Origin: Polyangiaceae bacterium
Lineage (GTDB): Bacteria > Myxococcota_A > Polyangia > Polyangiales > Polyangiaceae
Direction: 5' to 3'
Length of the DNA: 64,000 nucleotides
NCBI GenBank assembly: GCA_965222375.1
Contig: CBDCTZ010000009.1
Coordinates: forward strand, 320,001 to 384,000
Positions 41,018-51,195 of this stretch are shown in pieces. Made by a program: the position numbers and the translations under genes. Every line of letters begins with the position of its first letter. Position 1 is the stretch's first letter. A model generated the notes under the pieces. The model ran no database searches. It was not told where the DNA came from and saw only the letters and a program-made list of their open reading frames with translations.

Positions 41018-41325
41018 CAGAGAACTCCGTTTCTCGTGCGGTCTACTAGATGTTTGGCTACGGCGTTCACTAGTTGCGGTCCGCGTCCCCACCGGGGAGG
41101 CGGTGTGGAAGAACCTAGGGAAATCACGCGGTGACCGCCAGGGCCCTCTGGCTAGCCATTTGCGGAGGGCGCGTGCCTGCCCGGGAGAATCCTGGAGGCG
41201 CGGACCCCAGATTGGGGCAGTTACGGCGGAGCTTTCGTTTCGCAATGGCTGCGAGCCGGCGCTTGGACCTGTATGCTCCCGCCGTCGATGCGGTCAGACG
41301 AGGCGGAGCAAGCTGGAGGCCCTAG

Positions 41326-42237
41326 ATGAGCGAGCCCTGGCGGACCCTGAAGCAGCTCGTACAGGATGCTTTGGCGCACGTGCTACCCGAGAACGACGGC
41401 GCAGCCATGCCCGCCTTCGTGCCGCGCTACGACCAGGTTTTCGAGTCGCTCACCCGCCAGCAGCTCTACGGGGACTCGTCCGAGTTGCTTGCGGAAGACT
41501 TGTTGGCGGACCTCTTCGATCCGAGCCACCGCAGTGATCACTTTCTGAACTACTACTCGGAAGAGGGGGCGAAACTCGCCTTTGAGCGATACGGCTTCTA
41601 TCAACTGCTGCGTGACAAGGGGTTCGACCCGCAGCTCACCGGAGATCTGTCCGATCCGGATGAGCACAAGTTGCGCATCTACGATGGCAGCGAGAGTGCG
41701 GACAATCTGTTGATCGAACTGGCGGTGGGCTTTCGGGATCTGGACCTCCCGGACGGCGCACCCTGCCACCTACTGTTCATCAACTGGCTACTGATGCAAA
41801 ACCCCCGCGAGTCCTTTCCCCCAAATCGGTCACCGCTGCCGGATCAATCCCACCCCGGATTGGGCCTCTTCCCCCACTTTGGCTACTTGCTCCGCCTGAT
41901 GGCGCTGCGGCTCGAGTGTGACGGTCTGTTGAACAACCCGGCTCATTTCTACAATGGCGTCCTGTATGGGCGCTTCTTTCACTTCATCGACCCGAAAGTC
42001 GAAGGCCGATTCCGTGCCTTCGAGCGCGACTTGGAGGAGCTGTCCTTGGCGGAGGCAACGGCTGCACTGGCCGATGGCAGGGTGACGGATGCGGAGGGCA
42101 CGCCGGTTCATTGGGAGCCAGCGGGCCAAGTGGCGCCGATCACGAACAAGGCCCGACGCTGGTTCGCGAGCGAAGCATATCGAGCCGAAGTCGCGCGGGT
42201 GCTGGAGACCTCCCACTTTCAGGTGGCGTCAGCCTAG
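41326..42237 (+). CDS. Hypothetical protein, possibly related to the C-terminal domain of myxobacterial deacetylase fusions
   Basis: Long ORF with natural composition; INWLLMQNPR...PLPDQSHPGLGL motif. Family link is from memory only. Confidence 0.6.
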   Translation: MSEPWRTLKQLVQDALAHVLPENDGAAMPAFVPRYDQVFESLTRQQLYGDSSELLAEDLLADLFDPSHRSDHFLNYYSEEGAKLAFERYGFYQLLRDKGFDPQLTGDLSDPDEHKLRIYDGSESADNLLIELAVGFRDLDLPDGAPCHLLFINWLLMQNPRESFPPNRSPLPDQSHPGLGLFPHFGYLLRLMALRLECDGLLNNPAHFYNGVLYGRFFHFIDPKVEGRFRAFERDLEELSLAEATAALADGRVTDAEGTPVHWEPAGQVAPITNKARRWFASEAYRAEVARVLETSHFQVASA

Positions 42238-42250
42238 GGCGGTGTGCGTG

Positions 42251-42658
42251 ATGGAGTCTTCCCGACGCAAACGCATCGAGTGGGTCCTGAGGATCGCGGT
42301 GGCGGCCGAATTCCTTGGACACGGTGCCTTTGCGCTGATGCACAAGCCTGATTGGATTCAGTTCGTCACGCTGTTTGGGTTCTCGGCGGAGGTCGCTCCA
42401 ACGCTGATGACTGCGGTGGGCGCGCTGGATGTTGGCCTCGCGATTCTGGTCTTGGTGCGGCCGCTTCGCGGCGCGCTGCTTTGGATGAGCTTCTGGGGAC
42501 TGTTCACGGCTAGCCTCAGACCCCTCGCTGGGATGTCCTTTCTGGATTTCGTCGAGCGTGGGCCGAATTGGGGCGCGCCCTTGGCACTTTTGCTCCTACT
42601 CGGCTGGCCCAAGAGCTGGCGAGACCTGCTCAACTCGGGCGATTCCGACAGCGCTTGA
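42251..42658 (+). CDS. DoxX-like membrane protein
   Basis: LRIAVAAEFLGHG, about 4 TM helices, FVERGPNWGAPLALL. Confidence 0.7.
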   Translation: MESSRRKRIEWVLRIAVAAEFLGHGAFALMHKPDWIQFVTLFGFSAEVAPTLMTAVGALDVGLAILVLVRPLRGALLWMSFWGLFTASLRPLAGMSFLDFVERGPNWGAPLALLLLLGWPKSWRDLLNSGDSDSA

Positions 42659-42759
42659 CGCAGCTCAGCGCCAACGGCACCGGCCCGAGCACCATCGAAA
42701 CGGGTCGCGCGCCGTGCCAGCAACCAAGCGCCGCGCTGGGAAGCGCCCACGAAAGTGGA

Positions 42760-43554
42760 TCACATGCCCTGCAATATGGGAATGCTGCGCAGCGGGTTTT
42801 CGGCAGCCACGATGACCCAGATCGGTCCGACCTCGGGCGCTGCCGTGCCCCGCGCGACCCAAGTCGATTGAAAGCGGGTGCCGTCGGCTTGGAAGCTGTA
42901 GTCCACGTAGTAGTTGGTCGTTCTGTTCTGCACGACGGGCTCGACCTTATCCACTCGGCCGAGCCTAGCTTCACCATTGCGAAACAGTAGACGCTCTTTC
43001 AGCGCCACGACCCAACCAATCAGCATGAACAGCACGCCGAGGGCAGCAAGGCCGACGCCCATCCAGTACGTCCCCGAACCGATGGATGACAGTCGCGTGC
43101 CCGGCCAGCGCGCGCGGGAAGGCTTCTGCGGATCGTATTCGATCTCCAGCGGCTTTCCGGCCTTGGCGGCTTCGAGCTGGCTGGTGTGGGTCTCCGTTAT
43201 CGTGGTCTTGTGCCGTTTGCCATCGGCTGCAACGAACTCCAGATCGATGTCGTGGATTTCGATCTGCCCACCACTGGTCGTGGCGACGAAGCGAGAGGAG
43301 ACGGGGGTTGCGTTGGTTCGTGTGCCCCGAGCGTTCAGCGCCTCGTCGTCGTCGGCGGCGCTCGACATGACCCACAGCACACCGGCGCCCACGACGCCGA
43401 TGAGCCCGAATACCAGGCCTAGGGCCAGGAGCATTCTTGCCGTGGAACTCCGCACCCAGGCTGGAACGTCCCGGGGTGGGGCAGGGGGCTTCCCCACAAG
43501 GCCGTCTACCTCGTCGTCGCGCTCTCGAGGCTGGTTCGAGTCACTGCCTGCCAT
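42760..43554 (-). CDS. DUF3592-like membrane protein
   Basis: TM-beta domain ending IEYDPQKPSRAR, second TM and a repeated domain. Confidence 0.72.
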   Translation of the reverse strand: MAGSDSNQPRERDDEVDGLVGKPPAPPRDVPAWVRSSTARMLLALGLVFGLIGVVGAGVLWVMSSAADDDEALNARGTRTNATPVSSRFVATTSGGQIEIHDIDLEFVAADGKRHKTTITETHTSQLEAAKAGKPLEIEYDPQKPSRARWPGTRLSSIGSGTYWMGVGLAALGVLFMLIGWVVALKERLLFRNGEARLGRVDKVEPVVQNRTTNYYVDYSFQADGTRFQSTWVARGTAAPEVGPIWVIVAAENPLRSIPILQGM

Positions 43555-43721
43555 GCCCACGGTGTTCAAATAGAGGTGTGCGCTCCAGTGGGCAAGACAG
43601 TTCGCGCCGACTCTCCGTCTGAGCCGCGTCCCGGCGGATCTTGCCATGGGAATCGCGACGGCTTGACCCTTGCGTTTCGTCGCCAGCTGATCGGAAACTC
43701 CGCGCCAAACGAGGAGAGCCC

Positions 43722-44696
43722 GTGAAGACGAAAATCACTGAACTGTTTGGCATCGAGCACCCGATCATCCAAGGCGGCATGCACTACGTTGGCTTTGCGG
43801 AACTCGCAGCCGCCGTGTCGAACGCGGGAGGCCTTGGGATCATCACCGGTTTGACCCAGGACACTCCGGACAAGCTCTCAGCAGAGATCGCCCGTTGCCG
43901 CGAAATGACGGACAAGCCCTTTGGCGTCAACCTGACCTTCCTACCGGCCTTCGCAGCTCCGGACTACCCCGGCTACATCGACGCGATCATCGGCGGGGGC
44001 GTCAAGATCGTCGAGACGGCCGGGCGCAATCCTCAAGAGTACCTGCCCAAGATGAAGGAGGCGGGCATCAAAATCATCCACAAGTGCACGTCGGTTCGCC
44101 ATTCCCTCAAGGCAGAGAAGATCGGCTGCGACGCAGTTTCTGTCGATGGTTTCGAGTGCGGCGGTCATCCCGGCGAAGACGACATCCCCAACATGATCCT
44201 GCTGCCCCGCGCCGCGGACGAGCTGTCGATACCCTTCGTTGCATCCGGCGGCATGGCCGACGCCCGCTCCTTGGTCGCATCTTTGGCCATGGGCGCCGAG
44301 GGCATGAACATGGGCACGCGCTTCATCGCAACCAAAGAAGCCCCAGTGCACGACAACGTGAAGCAGGCCATCCTCGCTGCTTCCGAGCTGGACACACGCC
44401 TGGTGATGCGGCCGCTGCGCAACACCGAGCGGGTCATGAACAACGCCGCGGTCGAGCGTATTCTCGAAAAGGAGCGCGAACTGGGCAAAGACCTGCAGAT
44501 CACCGACATCATCCAGGAGGTTGCCGGCGTCTATCCCCAGATCATGCTCGAAGGCACCATGGACGCGGGGGCGTGGTCTTGCGGCATGGTGGCAGGGCTG
44601 ATCAATGACGTTCCCAGCTGCAAAGAGCTAATCGACCGCATCATGCGAGACGCTGAAAGCATGATTAAGCAGCGCCTCACGGGGTTGCTGAACTAG
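43722..44696 (+). CDS. Nitronate monooxygenase / FabK-like flavin oxidoreductase
   Basis: HPIIQGGM, SNAGGLG, ECGGHPG, ASGGMAD, MGTRF; RBS GAGGAG. Confidence 0.93.
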   Translation: MKTKITELFGIEHPIIQGGMHYVGFAELAAAVSNAGGLGIITGLTQDTPDKLSAEIARCREMTDKPFGVNLTFLPAFAAPDYPGYIDAIIGGGVKIVETAGRNPQEYLPKMKEAGIKIIHKCTSVRHSLKAEKIGCDAVSVDGFECGGHPGEDDIPNMILLPRAADELSIPFVASGGMADARSLVASLAMGAEGMNMGTRFIATKEAPVHDNVKQAILAASELDTRLVMRPLRNTERVMNNAAVERILEKERELGKDLQITDIIQEVAGVYPQIMLEGTMDAGAWSCGMVAGLINDVPSCKELIDRIMRDAESMIKQRLTGLLN

Positions 44697-44739
44697 CTCC
44701 CCGGCCCCATGGACCAGGCCGAAAGGCCTCGTATCAGTG

Positions 44740-45072
44740 ATGTTGAAGACTCCGATTGGCCGCCTGCGCCTCGTGGCGTTCGTGGAAGGTTGTTCCTACC
44801 TAGCGCTGCTTGGTGTGGCCATGCCGCTCAAGTACCTGGCGGGCATGCCCCAGGCGGTGCGCATCGTCGGCTCGATCCACGGTGGCCTGTTCCTGGTGTT
44901 CTGCGTCGCCTTGCTCCAAGCCATGCTTGCGGCGCGCTGGTCGTTGCTTCGCAGCGCAGTCATTTTCGCGTCGTCCCTCGTGCCTTTCGGGACGTTCTTC
45001 GTAGATGGCTCGCTGAAGCGAGATGACGATTCCCTTCGGCTGGCTGCCGCGACGGAGTCCACACTGGCGTAG
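44740..45072 (+). CDS. DUF3817 membrane protein
   Basis: EGCSYLALLGVAMPLKY...HGGLF...SLVPFGTF. Confidence 0.9.
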   Translation: MLKTPIGRLRLVAFVEGCSYLALLGVAMPLKYLAGMPQAVRIVGSIHGGLFLVFCVALLQAMLAARWSLLRSAVIFASSLVPFGTFFVDGSLKRDDDSLRLAAATESTLA

Positions 45073-45199
45073 GCGGGGCCACCGACGAGATCCGGTGTGC
45101 GGGAGATCTTCGCGGTCAACGCAACGAGGCGAGTAGACGGAATTCTGGCCTGGCACGAGCCCCACAACATCTACGGTCATGTACCACTGAGGTCTGCGC

Positions 45200-47293
45200 T
45201 CAGGCGTGCACGGCCCCGCGTGAAAGGCGAGGGTCAGCGGGCGGAATCGCCGCAGCGACCTCCGTGACGACCGCATGTCGGATCGCCTCGCAGATCCGGT
45301 GGCAGCAGCGGCTCAGGCCGCGACTCTGGGACAGATTCATGAGCATCACGATGCCGACCGCGTCCTCGAGGTAGATCCTGGTTTCACTGCAGAAGCCTTC
45401 GCCGCCACCCTCGTGGTTCCAGAACTTGGTGTCGCCAACCGACCCCCGCTTCCAGCCCAGTCCGACTCCGTCTTGCGACACGATGCCCGCGGCGCCACGG
45501 CTCTGCAGGGTCAAGATCTGTTTCTTGGACTGCTGTCGCAGCAGGCCATCTCGCTGCGACAGCATCTCCCGTACGAAGGGTAGGAACTGCGTTGCGTTCC
45601 CGACGAGGCCTCCAATCGCTGCGCTGTCGAGACCATAGTGGTGCAAAGCTGTCAGCCCGCCGATGCGCCGAGCGTAAATCCGGCGCGCGACTTCCGGGAA
45701 CCCAACGCGCAGCGCGACGCCCATTGCCGACACCCGCGGGGCGTGGCCGAACGCCAGCGGGCCGGCACCTGTGAGTCCTGTCCCGAATTGTAGGTCGGCG
45801 CCCAGAGGTGCGAGCAGATTGCGTTCGACGAAATCTTCGTAGCTCTCTCCGGCGACGCGTTCCACCAGCGCTCCCAGGATAGCGTAGTTCACGTTGCGGT
45901 ATTGCGCCTCGCCTCCAGGCGGCTTTCCGCGGGCGACGCGATAGGCTTCCAGGGCGTCGGTGGCAGAAGGCGGTTCCTCGCCCGGCAGGTGTACGGCGAG
46001 GAAGCCGTTCAAGCTGTCCGAGAGTCCCGACGCGTGACTTGCGAGGTGCCGCACCGTGAGCAACGGGCTCACGGGCAGGTCGGGCAGGTGTTCGACGATC
46101 GGCGCGTCCAGGTCGAGCTGGCCTCGCTCTACCAAAAGCATCACTGCTGCCGCCGTGTATAGCTTCGTTCCTGAAAACAGGTGGAAACGCGTTTCGGCTT
46201 TGACCCGATGTTTCCCCTCCAGGTCAGCCATGCCAAAGCTGAAGACTCTGCGCGGAGCCGCGGGACTGGTTACCGCAATCGAGCAGCCCACGACGCCGCC
46301 AAGTAGCAGTTGCTCCTCGATGTAGCGTTGCACGTCCGCCGAGATGAAGGGCGCCGCTGGCGTCGGTGCCAGCTGGCGGAAGAGCACGTCGCTGTAGGGC
46401 GTCAGGGTTGGTCCAGAATCGAAGGTCGAGTCGAACTCCGCTGCGAGTTTCGTCCACTCGTCGTGGGCGTGCAAAGCGTGGCCCAACTTGAACTCCGCTG
46501 CTTTGCCACGGAGCCTGGCGCGCATCGCTGCGAGCAGTGCGGGCTCGGGCAAAACATCGAACATGCGGTGCATCGCCGGCGTGATCGACACCCCGCTGTG
46601 TCGAAGCATGGCGTAGCCCTCCCGGATGGAGCGCAGCATCAGGCGCAGCTCGCCGTCGCTACCGGCAAGGCGATCCGGATCTCCGGCCGCTCGATACAGG
46701 GCGGCCACCGTGGGGAGGATCTCCGCGGCGTGGGTCTTGAGCCACGCGTCCATGTCGTCACTGATGGCGCTTGGGAAGCCAGCGGCTTCCAGGGCAGAGG
46801 CAATTCGCATGGTGCGGGCCGTCGTGCTGCCGTCGAGCTCGCCAATGGTCGTGGGTTGCTCGCGCTTCGAAGTAATGACGTAGCGCACGACCCGCCCAGC
46901 GGACACGGCGCCCGCACCGGGAAAGCCAAGCAACACTCGAGCGGGCCCCAGGGCGTCCACCAGCTCTTTCGACCCCGTGACGTTGTTGCCAAAGAACATC
47001 ACGTTGGGCGACCGGCGATTTTTCGCGAGCACCGGGAGCACTTGCGAGACCTTGTCGCGGGGCAGCACCACCAGCACGAGGTCGTAAGCGTCGTCAGCCG
47101 CCAGCTGCCCCACGGCCTCCACAGCCACCGCGCTGCGCAGTCCGCTGACGCCGTCCTGCAGCTCGATGCCGTGCTCGCGGATTTCGCTCGACCTATCCCC
47201 CCTCGCGAGGATGGATACGTCGCAGCCGCTGGCGGCGAGTTTTCCCGCATACAGACGCCCTATGTTGCCCGCACCGTAGACCAGGATCTTCAT
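45200..47293 (-). CDS. Ketopantoate-reductase-like (PanE/ApbA) domain fused to a beta-lactamase-family serine hydrolase
   Basis: MKILVYGAGNIG...GFPGAG...WLKTH, then in frame FSGTK (SxxK), LASHASGL, YRN, HEGG. Confidence 0.85.
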   Translation of the reverse strand: MKILVYGAGNIGRLYAGKLAASGCDVSILARGDRSSEIREHGIELQDGVSGLRSAVAVEAVGQLAADDAYDLVLVVLPRDKVSQVLPVLAKNRRSPNVMFFGNNVTGSKELVDALGPARVLLGFPGAGAVSAGRVVRYVITSKREQPTTIGELDGSTTARTMRIASALEAAGFPSAISDDMDAWLKTHAAEILPTVAALYRAAGDPDRLAGSDGELRLMLRSIREGYAMLRHSGVSITPAMHRMFDVLPEPALLAAMRARLRGKAAEFKLGHALHAHDEWTKLAAEFDSTFDSGPTLTPYSDVLFRQLAPTPAAPFISADVQRYIEEQLLLGGVVGCSIAVTSPAAPRRVFSFGMADLEGKHRVKAETRFHLFSGTKLYTAAAVMLLVERGQLDLDAPIVEHLPDLPVSPLLTVRHLASHASGLSDSLNGFLAVHLPGEEPPSATDALEAYRVARGKPPGGEAQYRNVNYAILGALVERVAGESYEDFVERNLLAPLGADLQFGTGLTGAGPLAFGHAPRVSAMGVALRVGFPEVARRIYARRIGGLTALHHYGLDSAAIGGLVGNATQFLPFVREMLSQRDGLLRQQSKKQILTLQSRGAAGIVSQDGVGLGWKRGSVGDTKFWNHEGGGEGFCSETRIYLEDAVGIVMLMNLSQSRGLSRCCHRICEAIRHAVVTEVAAAIPPADPRLSRGAVHA

Positions 47294-47684
47294 GCCAGAG
47301 CGATCCAGTGCAAAGTCCGAGCCTTTCGTCTCGTCCAAGCCAATTGCCACAGGAACAGGCTCGGCCGGCAACTGTCGCGCGCCCAGGCCCGAGCCGCGCA
47401 CTCCCTGCGCGGAAAAGGAGTGGCAAAAGAACCTACACTGGGACTCCACCCTGCTGCTTTTGAGCTGGATGCTCGCATCGTTTCGCGTCGCTGATCGATC
47501 GCATGTTCACCTTCCGGCGCGGAGAACGTGAAGCAGAGCGCGGCCCTCATTCGAGCGGCGGCGATCTCGAAGCTCACGCGGGGCTTGCCTGAACCTTGCG
47601 GAAATGGGACCGTGAGTGGAGCAAAGAAAGCGCTACGCGCACCGTCGGCGTTGGAGCAGGCGGACGCGAACGTCGCCAACATCC

Positions 47685-47990
47685 ATGAAAAACACCAGTA
47701 CTGGTTCGAGGCGTCGCGCGCTTCTCGAGCGTGCAGCCGGCCAGGCCGCAGACGAGTGGGTCGATCAATTGAAGCGCGAGCTGCTCGCGGAGCAGCGCAC
47801 TCCGTCCGGAGGCTGGCCTGGCACCGTGGGCGAAGCGCGCAATTGGTCCAGAGCCTACGCGCTGCGTCTCGCCGAGCTGGCTCAATCTCCGCCCACCGCG
47901 GAGGAACTCGAATTCTACGCCCGTCGAACCTACGCCCATGCTCGGGGCAAGTGGCTGGAACGCCCGAACGGCGGCCCATCCCGCAAGTGA
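47685..47990 (+). CDS. Small hypothetical protein
   Basis: Helical ORF with GGWPGTVGEAR motif and natural composition. Confidence 0.55.
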   Translation: MKNTSTGSRRRALLERAAGQAADEWVDQLKRELLAEQRTPSGGWPGTVGEARNWSRAYALRLAELAQSPPTAEELEFYARRTYAHARGKWLERPNGGPSRK

Positions 47991-48006
47991 CCCGCGCCCC
48001 GCGCGC

Positions 48007-48975
48007 TCAGGGATAGGTCCGGGTGCCTCGGTCCTGGGGCGCTGTGAAATCCAGTTCCGGCCCCAGGGGCACGATGCCCCGCGGGTTGATGCCTGGGCTG
48101 CGTCCGTAATAGCCCTGCTTGTACAGATCCACGCGCACTGTCTCGCCGATACCCGGGGTCTGAAACAGATCCCGCAGGTAGGGCCACATATTCGGGTAGT
48201 CGACGATGCGGCGCAGGTTGCATTTGAAGTGCCCGAAATACACTGCATCGAACCGCGCCAGGGTGGGGAACAGCCGCACGTCTGCAAGCGTGAGTTGGTC
48301 GCCAACCAAGTAGCGATGTTGACACAGGCGCTGCTCGACTTCGTCCAGCGCCGCAAACAAGGGGACAAATGCCGCTTCATAGGCTTGCTGGGTGCGTGCG
48401 AAGCCGCATTTGTAGACGCCGTTGTTGATCTTCGAATAGACCCACTCGTTCACTTCATCGATTTCGGCGCGCAGCGATTCCGGATAGAGATCGATGTCCC
48501 GCGCTGCCATACCTTCGAACTCAGCGTTGAGCATTTGGATGATCTCGGCGGATTCGTTGCTGACGATGGTCTTTCGCTCCCGGTCCCAGAGCACGGGCAC
48601 TGTGGCACTGCCCGAGTACTCGCCGTTGGCGCGGGCGTAGAGCACATGCAGGGGCAGGCGGCCCTCCACAGGCTCTAGGTCGTCGAGCCCCTCGGGAAAC
48701 CACCAGCCGTCTTCATTGCGTCGGTGATGCGCGATCGACATGCCGATCACGTCGACCAGGCCCTTCAGGTTGCGCGTCAACATGGTTCGGTGCGCCCAAG
48801 GGCAGTTGTAGGCGACGAAGAGATGGTACCGCCCCACCTGCGGCGAGTAAGGGCTAGTGCCGTCGGCGCGGATCCAGTCGCGGAACTTCGTCACGCCGCG
48901 AATGAACTCGCCACTGTCGCCGATGCGGGTCTGCTCCTCGGAGCTCACCCACCTGCCATTGACCAGCTTTCCCAT
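48007..48975 (-). CDS. yqjG: Glutathionyl-hydroquinone reductase (YqjG/Xi-class GST)
   Basis: CPWAHR, TVPVLWD, NESAEII, INNGVYKCGFA, RFDAVY. Confidence 0.93.
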   Translation of the reverse strand: MGKLVNGRWVSSEEQTRIGDSGEFIRGVTKFRDWIRADGTSPYSPQVGRYHLFVAYNCPWAHRTMLTRNLKGLVDVIGMSIAHHRRNEDGWWFPEGLDDLEPVEGRLPLHVLYARANGEYSGSATVPVLWDRERKTIVSNESAEIIQMLNAEFEGMAARDIDLYPESLRAEIDEVNEWVYSKINNGVYKCGFARTQQAYEAAFVPLFAALDEVEQRLCQHRYLVGDQLTLADVRLFPTLARFDAVYFGHFKCNLRRIVDYPNMWPYLRDLFQTPGIGETVRVDLYKQGYYGRSPGINPRGIVPLGPELDFTAPQDRGTRTYP

Positions 48976-49044
48976 GTTCTCGTTTGCTAGGTGTAGGGCG
49001 GGCGCTGCGAAAACGGCACCCCCGCTCAGACGCCTAGGGCAAGC

Positions 49045-49413
49045 TCAAGCTTCGCTCCACACGGCGAGTTCGTTGCCGCTCGGATCCGCGAAGTGAAAGC
49101 GGCGTCCGCCCGGGAACTCGAAGGGCGGCTTGGTTATCTTGCCGCCCGCAGCCTCGACCTGCTTGACGGTTGTCGCCAAATCCCGGGAGTACAGCACCAC
49201 GAGCGGCCCGCCCTTGGCGACGGAGTCTGCAACACACAGACCTCCGGACTCCCCGCCACCCTCCTTCTGGATCGCCGCATAGCCCGGGCTGTAGTCGTTG
49301 AACTTCCAGCCGAAAGCGCTGTGATAGAAACGCTGCGACGCCGCCATTTCGGCGACGTAGATCTCGATGTAGTCGATGCCATGGTGCGGGTGATGGACCG
49401 GTGTTTCACTCAT
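49045..49413 (-). CDS. VOC/glyoxalase-family protein
   Basis: IDYIEI, FYHSAFGW, FPGGRRFHFADPSGNEL. Confidence 0.92.
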   Translation of the reverse strand: MSETPVHHPHHGIDYIEIYVAEMAASQRFYHSAFGWKFNDYSPGYAAIQKEGGGESGGLCVADSVAKGGPLVVLYSRDLATTVKQVEAAGGKITKPPFEFPGGRRFHFADPSGNELAVWSEA

Positions 49414-49479
49414 GCTGGTGGTTGCAGCCTAGCCCAAGAGCCAAGCCAAAGGAGCCGCGTTTGTTTTTGGGGGGGGGCG

Positions 49480-49538
49480 CACCCCTTCGGGTATTGCGCC
49501 GTCGGGCATCGCGAAGCGCGTCACAAGCGCGTCATCCC
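49480..49538. repeat. Dispersed intergenic 59-bp repeat, copy 2
   Basis: Matches 28641-28699 (52/59 identical). Confidence 0.85.
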
Positions 49539-49625
49539 TGGGGCAGGGAGGGGCACTACTCTCGCCCTGGCCTACGCAACACGGGTGGCTGCGGCGCGAG
49601 GGCATGGTGCGCTAGGCTACGCAGC

Positions 49626-49877
49626 ATGTTGCGTCGGTGCATTGCTGCCTTGGGACATGCGCCAGCGTTGTGGTTGCTGTATCGCGAGAAGCTACCGCCG
49701 CCACTGATTCGGCAGAACGTGCTCGCGGTCGGTGCGACGCTTCTCGTGGTCCTGCTCGCGGCCAGCCTGGCCCCGCCGGGTCGCCGGGTCGCCGCAGCCG
49801 TGGCGGCGTGGCTGTGTGGGCATCTCGCTTGGGGTGTACTGCTCTTCTTTCGCCTCCCGACCAGAGCCGACGAATGA
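49626..49877 (+). CDS. Small membrane protein (tentative)
   Basis: Two hydrophobic helices; fills the gap between the VOC genes. Confidence 0.45.
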   Translation: MLRRCIAALGHAPALWLLYREKLPPPLIRQNVLAVGATLLVVLLAASLAPPGRRVAAAVAAWLCGHLAWGVLLFFRLPTRADE

Positions 49878-49927
49878 CGGCGTCCCACCCTTGGAGGTGC
49901 CGCTGCGCTCCGAACCCGCATCAACGC

Positions 49928-50374
49928 CTAGCGGTCGTCGTGGCTTCGGGCGCCGGATTGCGTGCGCGCTTCCGGTTGCGCTCCCGGGTAGTGGTCGAAC
50001 TCGATCACATTGCGGTCCGGATCGCGAACGAACACCGCACGCAAGTCCTTGAACGCCATCGTCTCCGTGATCTCGATGCCGCGCTCCTCCAGGAAGGCCT
50101 TAGTCTCCTCAAGGGAGGCCGCGCGCAGCGCGATATGCGTGTAGCCAGCGTGCTTGTCCTCGACATCCATCAACACGTTGGAGCCCGCACCGGCATTGGC
50201 TGGGCCCAACAAGTTGATCACCACGCCGCTGGGGTGCTCCATGATGATGGGCTGCCCTTTTTCGAACACACCTTCGGCCATGACCTTGAACCCGAGCTGT
50301 TCGTAGAACGCGACAGCGCGCTGCTTTTCGTGAACGCGAATTCCCACATGGTCGATCTTTTTAATGTCCAGCAT
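49928..50374 (-). CDS. VOC/lactoylglutathione-lyase-family protein
   Basis: IDHVGIRV, YTHIAL, FVRDPDRNVIE. Confidence 0.92.
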   Translation of the reverse strand: MLDIKKIDHVGIRVHEKQRAVAFYEQLGFKVMAEGVFEKGQPIIMEHPSGVVINLLGPANAGAGSNVLMDVEDKHAGYTHIALRAASLEETKAFLEERGIEITETMAFKDLRAVFVRDPDRNVIEFDHYPGAQPEARTQSGARSHDDR

Positions 50375-50451
50375 CTGGCCTCTGCTCGTGGGAAACCGGG
50401 CAAACTCTCTATGAGGAGATAAGGCTGCCCGGGTCGTCTGCAAGTGAAAAT

Positions 50452-51138
50452 GTGACGGCGTTGCCGACTGCGATACTGACCGACGACAACACGGGTTTCG
50501 CGAACACCACCTTCGACAAGTCTTCTGAAGTCGTCAACGTGGGCGGACAGCAGGTCAGGGTGGTGGGCGCTTGGAAGAAGATCGTCCAGGGAGGCACTGA
50601 TCCGAACGGTCCGGCAAAGGCCGACGGCACGGGCGCGGAGTTTGCCGTGCACTTCAACGTGGCGACGCAAGCCGACAACCGGGGGCTGCTTCGACACGAA
50701 ATGATTCACGGCCGGGGCGCTGTGGGGACCGGGCCATGGTTTTCTATGAGCAAGTCCAACGTGCTGTCTGGTCCCATGCCGGGGGATAGGAAGAAGCGGG
50801 ACTTGTATGATCTGCAACTGGTCGATCTGAGCGGCAAGCTGCTTCATGCTGAATACGACGCCACGGATCAGACCTTCAAGGTACAGAACTACTCCATCGA
50901 AAAGAAGTACACGGACTGGACCGACGGCGACGCCGGATTGTTTTTTCGGGGCAAAGCCGCTGACGGCAAGACCAAGGACATGAGCCTGGGGACGTTTCCT
51001 GGCCCCAGCGGTGGCGCCCAGCTGCGCATGAACGAAGTCACGGAAGTCATGTCCGCGAGCAGTCATCCCACTTGGAATACCATTCAGGAACCGGATCGGC
51101 TGTTCTTCTGCGCCATGGGCTACAACCTGGCCAAGTAG
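50452..51138 (+). CDS. Hypothetical protein, beta-rich, unknown family
   Basis: 228-aa ORF with natural composition and GC3-rich codons; start uncertain. Confidence 0.6.
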   Translation: MTALPTAILTDDNTGFANTTFDKSSEVVNVGGQQVRVVGAWKKIVQGGTDPNGPAKADGTGAEFAVHFNVATQADNRGLLRHEMIHGRGAVGTGPWFSMSKSNVLSGPMPGDRKKRDLYDLQLVDLSGKLLHAEYDATDQTFKVQNYSIEKKYTDWTDGDAGLFFRGKAADGKTKDMSLGTFPGPSGGAQLRMNEVTEVMSASSHPTWNTIQEPDRLFFCAMGYNLAK

Positions 51139-51195
51139 GAGTCGCTACCGACAGTCGGCATCGGGCCGCGTCTCGCGTTCATCCGCCGAAGGGCC

